DNA of 64,000 bases, taken from assembly GCA_951406725.2 (NCBI GenBank), contig OX597823.1:113088001-113152000 (forward strand), in the 5' to 3' direction. The first letter of the stretch is position 1. Every line of letters begins with the position of its first letter. The translations under genes were made by a program, and so were the position numbers. Shown here one piece after another: positions 52,895 through 64,000 of this stretch. This stretch comes from Octopus vulgaris. Its lineage: Eukaryota. The notes under the pieces were generated by a model. That model was not told the origin of the DNA and did no database searches. It worked only from the letters and a program-made list of their open reading frames with translations.

Positions 52895-53093
52895 GTATGT
52901 GACCTCGTGAATACCACCGGCAATTTTTTTCCTTTGTCCTCCCGTCTCGGGATCTTTCCTTCTCCTATGTTTCCGACGAAGAGCTCCGCTCGAAACGTCA
53001 AACCCACCTTCTTCCCTTCTTTCCTGAGCGTCCAATAATACTTTATTTGTTCCACATCCTTGCGTTGTTGTCTTTGTGTTTTCTTGTTTGGAT

Positions 53094-53100
<7 letters not shown>
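52895..53100 (+). mobile_element. Penelope-like terminal repeat with a minimal hammerhead motif (right of an inverted pair)
   Basis: GTTT-CCGACGA-A-GAGC-TCC-GCTC-GAAACGTC-AAAC at 52969-53003; ends at (TA)n. Confidence 0.65.
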
Positions 53101-53164
<64 letters not shown>

Positions 53165-54186
53165 ATATGTGTATCTATATATATATATATGTATGTATAT
53201 ATGTATACACATATACGCGTATAAATATATGTATGTGTATAACCCCTCATATACATGTGTGTGTTTGCTCGTGTGTGGTAATGTGTGTCTTTGCCTGTGT
53301 AAATCAAGTACATAATTATTTGCTCTCAACTTCGTACGTATGCCAATATTTTGACGACAGCTGAAAATAAACGAATATTATCCGCATCTACATTATTCTT
53401 TTTGCTATACAGAAATATAAAAATATCAAACCGAATTGTAAAATTGCATTTTGCAGCGGTTGAAATAGTGTTTAAATTGATGGGAATATGCTATACTAGG
53501 AATAACTGAAAATGGCAAAGTCTCAAATAAAATTGAATGAAAATAACTATTCGGATTAGCTGTCATGGAGGCAAAATAATAACTAAAATCTTCCAACACA
53601 GATTTGATATAAATATACAGTATAATTGCTTCTTATAATACACGGGTATCTGAATATCTTACTTCTACAGGGGTGTACAATTATAAGAATTATACACATG
53701 TCGCATCTTACAGATATACATAAGTGCCCAGGTTTGCAAATTCTCAAACATCCACATGCACGCATGAAATGAGACAGTGAGCGAGTGAAGGGGGGTAAAG
53801 GGAGAGAGAAAGAAGTATGGGGAAGATTTCATTTACATATTGGCGGCTTACTTTGGAGTTTTCCTCGTGTGTTGTTGATTCCTGTGTATTTGTATACTCC
53901 TATGTTTGAACATACGTATATAATGCATGTACAGACACCTACATATGTGTGTGTGTGTTTGCACGAAGCCGTTAGTCCAGACACGTATTTTTCGCTCCGT
54001 CTTTTTTCTCTACTTACTTTCTTCCTCATTCCTGTCTGCTGCAGAGCATAGGCTCGAAACGTCAAAGACTTTTCCATTCCTCCTGAGCGCCAAACTAATA
54101 CACCTTGTTTGTTGTTCCCTTGCCTCTCTCTGTCTTTTGTTTTTTGTATATTTACACCATAAGTATAAATAAATAAATAAATATAT

Positions 54187-54360
54187 ACTCTGTTACTCGT
54201 TTCAGTCATGTCATTAGAGTGCGGCTATGCTGGAGCACCACCTTAAATGTTTTCAGTCGAACAAATCGATCCCAGGACTTATTCTTTTATTGAACCGCTA
54301 CGTGACGGGGACGTAAGCACACCAACATCGATTGTCAATCGAAGGTGGGGCGGTCAAACA
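54187..54360 (-). mobile_element. SINE family 1, 3' part
   Basis: TTACTCGTTTCAGTCA...GCGGCTATGCTGGAGCACC...AAATCGATCCCAGGACTTATT is the reverse complement of the 4.9-kb tail. Confidence 0.75.
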
Positions 54361-54447
54361 CTCACACAAGCACACAGTGATACATATACGTATATAATAC
54401 ACACAGACACATATATATGCACACATATTTATCTTACACGTTTAATA

Positions 54448-54870
54448 TCTTTTCTACACGAGGGATAAGGCCCGAAATTTTGGGGACTGGGGGCAGTCGA
54501 TTTACACTGGTACACAACTGGTACTTAATTTCTCGACCCCGAAAGGATGAAAGGCAAAGTCGACCTCGGCTGAATTTGAACTCAGAACGTAAAGACATAT
54601 TAAATATCACTTAGCATTTCGCCCTGCGTGCTAACATTCCTTATTTCTTTACTGCCCACAAGGGGCTAAACACAGAGGGGACAAAAAAGGACAGACAAAC
54701 GGATTAAGTCTATTATATTGACCCTAGTGCACAACTGGTACTTATTTAATCGACACCGAAAGGATGAAAGGCATAATCGACCTTGGCGGAATTTGAACTC
54801 AGAACGTAGTGGCAGATAAAATACCGCTAAGCATTTCGCCCAGTGTGCTAACGTTTCTGTCAGCTCGCCA
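54448..54870 (-). mobile_element. Two tandem SINE family 2 copies with different 3' tails
   Basis: Two repeats of AACTGGTACTTA...GAAAGGATGAAAGGCA.A.TCGACCT.GGC.GAATTTGAACTCAGAACGTA. Confidence 0.85.
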
Positions 54871-57814
54871 ACTGACATTTTTAATATCTTGATAATCATC
54901 GTACATGACATTGCACCAAGATAACATTTTTCGTTTTGAAATACATACAAGTATTCTTCATCTAGATTCAAGTCACTGTGTTAATTTAACGACCTAATAC
55001 TCCAGTTGGATTATGCATATTCTCTGTGCTACAGAGAATAATCCTACCAATTATCGATGAAGAAAAATAAATTCAATTTCTTCTTTAAACTTAAATACTG
55101 TATTGAAGTTTGTTTCCCCTTTTACACTGACTTTGTCAAATGCAGAATGGTAGAGAACAAATGTTTTAAGGCAATCGTGATAGGGATACTGTCTTATACA
55201 GTAAGGAAAATATTCCGCAAAAAGAACATTTGTCCGATATTTGTGAATGCGTAGAATCAAATAAAGGTGTTGTAGGGACATATTTAACTGGGCAGCGGTT
55301 TAAGTCTACCACACAAAAACTGAAGCAATCCATTTAGCGACTCCCACATAAGTTTCCAGTTACTACTTTGCATTCACATACTATGCGTTCTCAAATCCCC
55401 ATTCATTGGGATGAAAGCCGAACCTACACATTTACGAAGTGAAATTCTTATTCTGAAAAACATGCCTCCGTAACGGCAGAACATTTGAATAGATAATTTT
55501 TTATATTAAATCTGTACACAATAACATAAAGTTTAGTTATGAAAAAAGGCATCAGTTTTAAGCTTCCCCTGTATGAAATGGGGAATCAATGAAGTATAAT
55601 TTAGTCACACAAACCTTAGAAACAGACGAATCATCATTAAATGCCACATCAAGGAATATTGATTAGTTTCGATTTTAATTCGCTAAGGTTTAACTCTTTC
55701 GCTCATTTTCTTTAATACTTATAGAGATTACTCCGTGATTAGTCAATACTAATGTTGAGAAAAACACCATTGAACAAAGTTACAGCGAAAGAAAAATACG
55801 CATTATTTTTTATATCAGTTTGAAGATAAAAATCCGGGAATGTAAAATGCCATTTAATATCCAATTGCGATCCTGGTTTAAATAATTGTTTGCGAATCTT
55901 AGAATTATAATTATTAATGATATCTCAGCTTACTGGTATTTAATGAAAATTGTCTTATTTACTACTGAATACCCTGCTCGGATTTTGAACAAATGATGCG
56001 AAGTATTATACAGCATAGTTCAATCGATATACATTAATTCAGGCTTCCATACAAGTTTTAAAAAGAAGGATGCTAAAATCTGAAAAAGACAGAGCGAAAC
56101 TTCAGTATTTATTGCTGCGTGTTTTTATTTATCTGCCAAATGTTCATCTCCTACTTGCAATATGGAATATTTGTTTGTGTTTAAAATTAGGAGGAATGAA
56201 ACATTCTGAAGTCTAAGAATAAATATTTTTTAAAGTCTCCAGTGTTTCCTTAGTATAATAATATCGCGGCCACACTGTACATTGCACTCAAGTAGTCCGA
56301 TTCATGTAAAGTCATGGTTCTGTGCACCGTTTCCTGTATAACAGGTATTGTAAAATCCTATTCTATGAATTATTGTATCTTCCCTAATTTTGGAGTTGAT
56401 TGAATTCTGAAAGAGAATTATTTTCAACTTCAGTTCTTTAAACGAAGCAAAGACAAATGGATTCATTTTCTGGTTTATACAGATAAAGTTTTTAATTTTA
56501 TACTTGAAATTATCAACCCCTCCTTATTTTATCGGTCTTACAACTAACTCTTATGCCACAGACACGTTGTTCTAATTTGTCGATTCTATATGTTTCTTCA
56601 GTCTAACAGGTTCTCTAATTGATAGCTTTATTTGCATCTAAAGCGCTTTTAAATAGACTTATATGTAGACATGTCTGCACGCTCCCTGGCATGATTACAC
56701 ATAAAATTTTATTACACAAAGAGGGGGGAAAATTACTTACCACATGTACCAGAATGTTTTCATTTTTTCGCATCTTATGACTCACTTCTCTTCTACTCAG
56801 ATTTTGAGGTGTAATTTACAAGTATGCGTTCATCCACTCAGGTCAAACGCTGGTAAATAAATCAATGTGGTGGTATTGTACCCGCTGTTTCAATTCAAGT
56901 CAAATGGTCACCTAAGTACAAAGCACTATCGATGAAAATGAGCTGGTGTAGGAACAAAGGTTTCTACCCTACAAGCAAAATAGCAACGCTGCGCTTTTAG
57001 GTGATATATTATCAAGAAAGCTATACACGAAAAGAATAGCCGTCAGAGATCAAATATACGCTCGCGTAACATGAATGGACATTTCATATTATTCGTATCC
57101 AATTCATTTTAATCTCTTAGGAAATATCCAGGACGTATTCAGTTAATGAAATAGTTGCTGATCAAAGTAATAACAGTCCATATTCATATCGAAACTTGCA
57201 GGAGAATGAAATGCTGCAAAAAATCATAGAAGACAAAGTCTGTCAGAACTCTGGACTACACTGCTATCACAGAAATCAGATGGCAATACAGGAGTCCTAG
57301 AATGTTTGTGCATCTTCACTTACCACCTCTATTCTTGATGCTTAAATAAGGAACTAATACATCGTGTAACGTATGTACAAAATATAAATATAATTATACT
57401 CATAAGTGAATGAGATCAGTTTAGATATAAACAGATTAAATAAAAGATGAATATGGGAGATTATGAGTGTAAAGTGTGTAGTATAGCAAGCGAGAGATAG
57501 TGAAAGAGATCAGTAATAGAAAAATGAATAGGAATCAATTCTTAGTAAACCATTGACATTTGGATAGTGAGAAATCCACCACACATATGCACACACGCTC
57601 ACACACGCACACACAATCACACACACGCTCACACAAGCATACACACATATACATCCATATAACTTATCTAATATAATAAATGCGAAAACTAACTTCTGTA
57701 TGTCAGTGTGTCGTAAGCAGACCCCCCTCTCTCGCAGTTCAGTGACACTCCTACTTATTCTTCATGATGGGGTGAGAGTAATAATAAGCATAGAGACGGT
57801 GAGGGTGGTGACGA

Positions 57815-57855
<41 letters not shown>

Positions 57856-58314
57856 AACAAGAGAGGGAGAGAAACAGGGACAAATAAATTTAGGGATAGT
57901 TGATGATATTTTATTAAAAGTAGATGGTGGCAGTGGGAATAATAATAATAAGAGAGAGAGAGAGAGAGAGAGAGAGCGTGGGTATGTGAGAAAAGAGGGA
58001 GATGATGTACAAAATTTGTTTAACTATGTCTTTTTGACAGAAATTCCTGTCACCAACATACTGAACTCTACCATTTTTGTTTTATTTTTTGCTTTCTTTA
58101 ATACATATACACACACTCACTCACACACGCACACTCACACAAATACACAAACACACACACACCACACACACTACACGCACACCACACACTCTACACGCAC
58201 ACACACATATATAAATAAAACTTTCGTTGAAATAAAGTTTCCCCTAAATTAAACATTTCTAATATAATGAATGCGAATGTCAATGTGTCACACTTTTTCA
58301 ACGTAAATAAGTCC

Positions 58315-58515
58315 ATTTTACTAGAAGCAAAAAGCCTCAAATTTGGGGATAAGAGATGAAGTCGATTACAGCGAAACCAGTACGTAACTGGTACTAATTC
58401 TATCGACCTCGAAATGATGAACGGCAAAATGGACCTGAGCGGAATTCGAATTCAAAACCTAATAAGGCTAAGCATTTCGCCCGGCGTGCTAACGATTTTG
58501 TCATTACGCCGCCTT
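58315..58515 (-). mobile_element. SINE family 2, degenerate
   Basis: AACTGGTACTAATT.TATCGACC...GCTAAGCATTTCGCCCGGCGTGCTAACGATT. Confidence 0.75.
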
Positions 58516-58873
58516 TATATAGTATAATATAATAAATACGAATGTGAGCATGTCGGTGTGTCACACTTTTTCAACTTTACATTGTCATACACATATACTT
58601 GTCAGTAGATGACGAACGCGTGAACAGATTCATAAAGAAAATGTGACGCCATCGTCGTTGTAGGTGATGATATAAAATGTCGTTTACGATAAGGGACTAA
58701 AAGAAAAATGACAGTGTTAAATTTTTGTAAAGCAAATATGTGAATGAAGATATTGTTTAGTTGGTAGCGAAAAGCCTACTGAATTTTTTGATACCCCATA
58801 CGTGAAAATCGTCAATTCAGTTTTAGAATACATAAGGAACATAGGCACATACACACACACATAAAAACTCTCT

Positions 58874-58917
<44 letters not shown>

Positions 58918-61530
58918 CGTACGTATGTATGCACGCATGTGTGTGTGTTTAAGCTGCAACTTCAGATTTGCATTTTCGACCCATATATTCTATTCACAAT
59001 CCCTGTCTCAGTCATTCTTCCTCTCATTTCTCCTGCCCCTCTGTCTCTCTTTAATTCACTGTTGACTGTTACCTTAGTTCCCTATGTCGGTCTTTTCGAC
59101 AAACATTTTACACTTTAGCCTCGCTTCAGTCTCTCACATAATCATATTATACCATTTGTTTTGTAACAATTTGCAATAAATGTCATGCATTATTCTACTA
59201 CTGGCTTCAGACTAGCTCTTCTCTCATTCTACAAATGTATTCTGCTGCATCTGCAATTGATGGCAATATCTCTTCCGGCGTTTGATTTCCGTTTGTATTT
59301 ATGCAGCGTAACGGTTTTTCGTTCCTTTTCCATACGTTTTTTTTTCTTTTGACCATAACATACAACTAAAATAACGTCATATTTTTTACAGCCATGTGAA
59401 ATATATCATTCATAAAACTGATAAAAATTATGATGAAAATGATGATGATGATAACAATAATTATTGTTCTTGCTATTGTTGTTATTATTATTAAATGTTT
59501 GGTTTTCGCTTTGTATTTGTACAAGTTGACTCCAGTCTCACCCAGAAACAATAAGTTAGACGTTCAAGTCGGTATTATGACTGGCGTATCATAATTTTGG
59601 TTTTGCACAGAGTATTGTTCTAGAAAGTATCTGTTAAACATAAGAAAATTAAAAGTTATTTTATAAGGACACAGGAAATGTGTCAAAGCCGACAGGAAGC
59701 GTCGATGCTTCCTAGGGTTAAATAGCGGTGGTGTGATTCCTTTTATGGGACTGTCACGTTCAGTTGACAGTATACAACCACTCTATCGTTCCACCACGGC
59801 TCATATCTCTCTGAGATATTTAGAAATTTAATATTTCTAATTAAAAGTTTGTTTTATAAGTGATTTGATGGTAAGATAACTTTGTGATCGTAAAATGACA
59901 GTAAAACGTGTTTACTATTACGTATATTTAAAGGCACTTTTGATAATGCTCACAGAATAAAATGTTTTTGGTATCACAGAGACAATATTTTTCTTAGGTT
60001 ATGAGCAGTTCCTACGAGCGCTATTTGGTGAATTTCTTCCATTTTGGGATTTCCTGGTATCTGATATAAGGAACAATCAGCCCCGTTTTCTATCATACCT
60101 AGGGCACCTATGGCAACAGGTATTGTTCTAGTCTTCTGGTTTCAAATTTTACCAATTTCTATTTCAAGATCTTTATATATGCTTAGTTTTTTGGTAGGTT
60201 TTGACAGATACATTAATGTCGATTGGGAGAGTCGTATCGATGAGGAGGTATGACTCTTGTCTAAAACCCTACAGAATGATGTCTGGCTTGTTTGCATCTA
60301 TATTTCTGTTAGTTTGAACGGTGAAGTTCCAAAGGAGAGAGATGTGATCATTTTCAAGCACTGGATGTAGTTTGTGTTCCCAACAGATTTTGTTCTTATG
60401 GAGCAGTTCCAGGTACTTGCAGATTACCCAGTGATCTGTGAGGCCAAGAAAGCTGCTCATGGAGACAATATGATCAATGATTTCTGCTTGTTGTTTACAT
60501 ACACGACATGTTGGGCTACTACCGTTCTTTAAGCTATTGGCTCGGTAGCTTCTTGTAGATAGGCATTGATGCAGGGCTGTATGATAAACCCTTCTGTTTA
60601 TGTTTAAACCAGAAGATACCAAACATTGATGGGTAAGGATTTTGTCAACATCAGCATTATTATTTCTCTTCGGGTCTTTGCCATTGAGAGGGTTCTTTTG
60701 CCATTTATCATTGGGCATTTATCTAGGGCAGCAGATTTAGTATGGGTTTTCACACGTTTGGATGTTTCCAGTACATCTAATTCTGGGATTTGATAAATTT
60801 GGAATTCCGTTAGATATTTCCTTGCCTGTTTTGTTACTGAGTGTGCAGGTTTTCTTGTTTGCCTGCTTGAAGACGAGTTTTAGCATCTCGTCATCAGAAG
60901 TTTTCAGATATGCGTTTGTACCAATTGTGGCAATCTTCATTGTCAATTTAAGTTGTAGGAGTCCAGCGCTACCGTCTTTTCTTCGCAAGTAAAATTGTTC
61001 TAGATTTGCCTTACGGTGGTGCATTTTATTCACTGTCAGCAGGTTTTGAATTTTTAGGTGAAGTTTACATATTTCAGTAATTGACCAATTGATAATATTG
61101 AAACTGTAAGCCACTATGGGTATGGCTAAAGTATTAATTGCTTCGATCTTAATTCTTGTGGTTAGATGTGTCTTGAGTATTGCCCTTACCCTGCGATAAC
61201 ATTTCGTTCATCATTGAACGTTTCGTTTTTCTTGTTTCAGCTCAGAGCTGCGGCCATGCTGATGCACCGCCGTTTAATACCATCATTTTCATATACCCTA
61301 GGTGTCTGTAACCTGCCTCTGGTTCTAACTCATTTATAACATATTCTTGGTCAAACTTAATGTTGGATGTCATTCTCCCTGTGTGATAAAAGTAGCGTTT
61401 GGGCATTTATCTAGGCGAAATTCCATTCTGACGTCATTACTGAACTGTTTTATAATTGTTAGTAAGCCCTGTAGTTCCTTGTCATTTTTTGAAAAAGCTT
61501 TAAATTATCCATGTAAAAGAGACGATATAT

Positions 61531-61682
61531 ATTTACATTATTTACATTCGACGGATATTTGTCCTCATCTTGTTTGTTGTTAAAACAACGTTTCGGCTGA
61601 TATACCCGCCAACCTTCTTCAGGTGTCTAGGGGAAATTACGAACCTGGGTTCTCATTCCTAAGGTAATTTTCGATGTTATTA

Positions 61683-61735
<53 letters not shown>

Positions 61736-61883
61736 GTTGTTGTTGTTGTTGTTCAGGTCACTGCTTGGAATCGAACTCGAAATCTCGGAGTTAGTAGCCC
61801 GCGCCATATGCCCACGGGCATATGGCGTAGTGGTAAATTGTGTAAATAATGTACATAATCCTTCATCTCTTAAATATAGAACT
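61531..61883 (-). mobile_element. Composite tRNA-headed SINE-like element carrying a hammerhead motif, head-to-head with a deleted inverted copy
   Basis: TSD GAGACGAT(A/T)TAT at 61519-61530 and 61884-61895; B-box GAGTTCGATTCC; CTGAAGA...GAAACGTT; 12-bp central palindrome. Confidence 0.7.
61583..61627 (-). ncRNA. Minimal type-I hammerhead ribozyme motif (Penelope type)
   Basis: GACAC-CTGAAGA-A-GGTTG..CAGCC-GAA-ACGT-T-GTTTT: intact core, 5-bp stem II, palindromic ACGT stem III, stem I with one mismatch. Confidence 0.6.
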
Positions 61884-62126
61884 GAGACGATTTATTTTTT
61901 TGTTAGAAATTATTATTATTCTGTTAGGTATTCACCGTTCCTCCTCTCCGACAAATCCTGCCAATGTGTTGTTTCACTTTACAGATGCTTATTTAGCCAC
62001 CCATTATGTTATTTCAACAGTTGCCCATTGTTTCAAATACCTTTTTACATTGTCGGTCTGTCTTTTTTTAAACAATCACATACGATTCGTCCCAAAGAAT
62101 CAACCTTTAAATAAGAGCTTCGGATA

Positions 62127-62665
62127 GAGTTATGATGTAAGCACGTGCTAAAACCCCTCATATCTTTTTATTTTTACGAATTTTTACAAATATTTTTCGA
62201 TTCTGTCTTCTGCATAATGGAATTAATACGATTATGCAACTTTTTTCTTCTTAATTCGTGGTTTTAACATACGGTCAGTCCGAATCTACCATTGGTCTCT
62301 CTTTAAAATTTCCAAATAATTTTTAATACTTTTACGGAATAAAAGTCAGTTGACAGTCTTCTCACATTTTTTTTTACATAATCCTGGACTTTATATGTGT
62401 AATGTCAGTGACATGCTGTATGTCCATCAACAATATTAGTAGACAGACATCCGTACAGTTGTATGACGGATAGTCGAAGTAGACGAAAGCTTCTTTTTAA
62501 GAGGAACAAAATCATGTTGGACGAGTTTTGGATACCTATCATCGTCGTAACCGACGGTGTGTCAGTTTTGTATGTGAGTATGTGCATGTGTAAAGATATA
62601 ATACCTATACACCCACTTATATATATACATACATGCATACATACATACATACATACATACATACA

Positions 62666-62699
<34 letters not shown>

Positions 62700-63290
62700 C
62701 AACAAAGCCTAATGGTCTTAATGTTCTAAAACTCCTTTAGGGACAAACGGTTTTCACAATGAATTCCAATTTGACCTGAAGCATATTTGTAGAAAATTTC
62801 ATTAAGAAACATTTAATCTTTGGGACATAATTGTGTAGATATGCCGAAATATTTATATATATAATTCTGTAAAAATGTATGTGTGTGTATATATATATTT
62901 ATATATGTTTCAGTAAGCATTTATACATGTATATGAATAAGTTTCAGAAGGTATTTGAACAATACACTAAAAGTCAATCGTGACAAGAGAATTCCCCCAA
63001 ATTTATTTCCTTAATTTTTCACTACTGTTTCTGGCGCACATATTTAAGCAATTTTGATTTTGAAGTATTTAAAAATTATTTGGAAATTATATGGAGAAGC
63101 GACTGGTAGATTCTGTATTTTAAAACAACGACGTATATAAAAAAAAATTGTGGGGAAAGAAATTATATATTTTTTTTTGCATAGTCTTATCAATTCCATT
63201 ATGCAGATAACAGAATCGAATAAATTTTGTAAAAAATCGTAAAAATAAAAAACTTATGAGGGGTTTTAGCACATGCTTACATCATAACTC
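62127..63290. mobile_element. Non-autonomous DNA transposon with ~220-bp TIRs
   Basis: GAGTTATGATGTAAGCACGTGCTAAAACCCCTCATA (62127) is mirrored by TATGAGGGGTTTTAGCACATGCTTACATCATAACTC (63290); similarity continues to ~62345/63050; no transposase inside. Confidence 0.75.
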
Positions 63291-63866
63291 CGCCAAGTTT
63301 TGCTTCCACTAGCGAAAGCTACACATATCTTTCAGAAAGCTCTATACCAATTTAACTTTATGCAGTATTTGTTGTGTATTTTATGTGCAGGCTATGTGTG
63401 GAGACAGAATAAAAAGGCTTTTTGTTAGGTTATCACCTGGAAAAAATAGCTCCCTTTGCTGTTAAATAAAACAAATTCGCAGAGGGGAAGTTTCAACGTC
63501 TTCCTTGAATTTCCTTTCACCATTAATGTGGCTGTTTCTGACAAGAAATTTCGCTCTCATGTAAACCAACTATATTATCCATAATCCCCAAACACTTCAG
63601 TAGCTCTACTTTGCATCGCTTGCAAATTTATATCTTCAATGATCCTTAAAGTACAACGACATGCACAGTATCCAGCCTTCAGGTTAATCTTCCAATCTCA
63701 GTAGTTCAATTATTTGGTGAAAAATACACCACCAAAGCTATTTAAACCGTCAAAACGACTGGTGCGTTTGCTAGTAATTTATAAGATAGACAATTCTCAT
63801 CCCAAAATGAGCGTGCATTACACTTAATATAAGCGTTACAATTATTTTTAATGTTTGAATAATAAT

Positions 63867-64000
63867 CCTTTCTACTATAGGCATAAGGGGAGGGGACCAG
63901 TCGGTTACATCTACCTCAGTGTGTGTAACTGGTACTTAATTTATCGACCCCAAAGGCAAAGTCGTCTCCGGCAGCATGAAGACAGACGAAATACTGCTAA
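63867..64000 (-). mobile_element. SINE family 2, partial at the window edge
   Basis: CCTTTCTACTATAGG...AACTGGTACTTAATTTATCGACCCC, after AATAATAAT. Confidence 0.7.

Larger units (their letters stand above)
59493..61908 (-). mobile_element. Decayed 5'-truncated R4/Dong element with nested insertions
   Basis: Minus strand NKKINRLFYMDN (RT), MHHRKANLEQFYLRRKDG, CRVC...DHIVS, WNFTVQTNRNIDANKPDI, PVAIGALG; short (AAT)n at both ends. Confidence 0.8.

Noticed and set aside
54900-57560. Possible host exons in the repeat-poor stretch
   Set aside because: No ORF with recognisable motifs or convincing splice pairs; short exons cannot be excluded without RNA-seq.

Overview
AT-rich, microsatellite-saturated eukaryotic DNA with no recognisable host gene. 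The tRNA-derived SINE families and repeat content suggest an Octopus-like cephalopod (inference). Almost all structure comes from mobile elements. Main feature (13.2-24.0 kb): three L1/Tx1-type non-LTR retrotransposons from two subfamilies, stacked head-to-tail in one (TATC)n/(GATA)n microsatellite. All three have the same orientation and the same 3' junction phase, lack a poly(A) tail, and share conserved 3' UTR hairpins. The middle copy is full length with an intact 1149-aa APE-RT-CCHC ORF2, and its ORF1 is broken only by three homopolymer -1 shifts. Also present: several R4/Dong RLE elements in (AAT)n, a Hero fragment, mariner/Tc1 relics, many SINEs, a TIR element, and a 1.4-kb inverted duplication with a homogenised core. 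Penelope-type terminal remnants in (TA)n carry hammerhead-ribozyme motifs, and one element joins a tRNA/Pol III SINE head to a hammerhead motif. Most short ORFs in the track are microsatellite artefacts.
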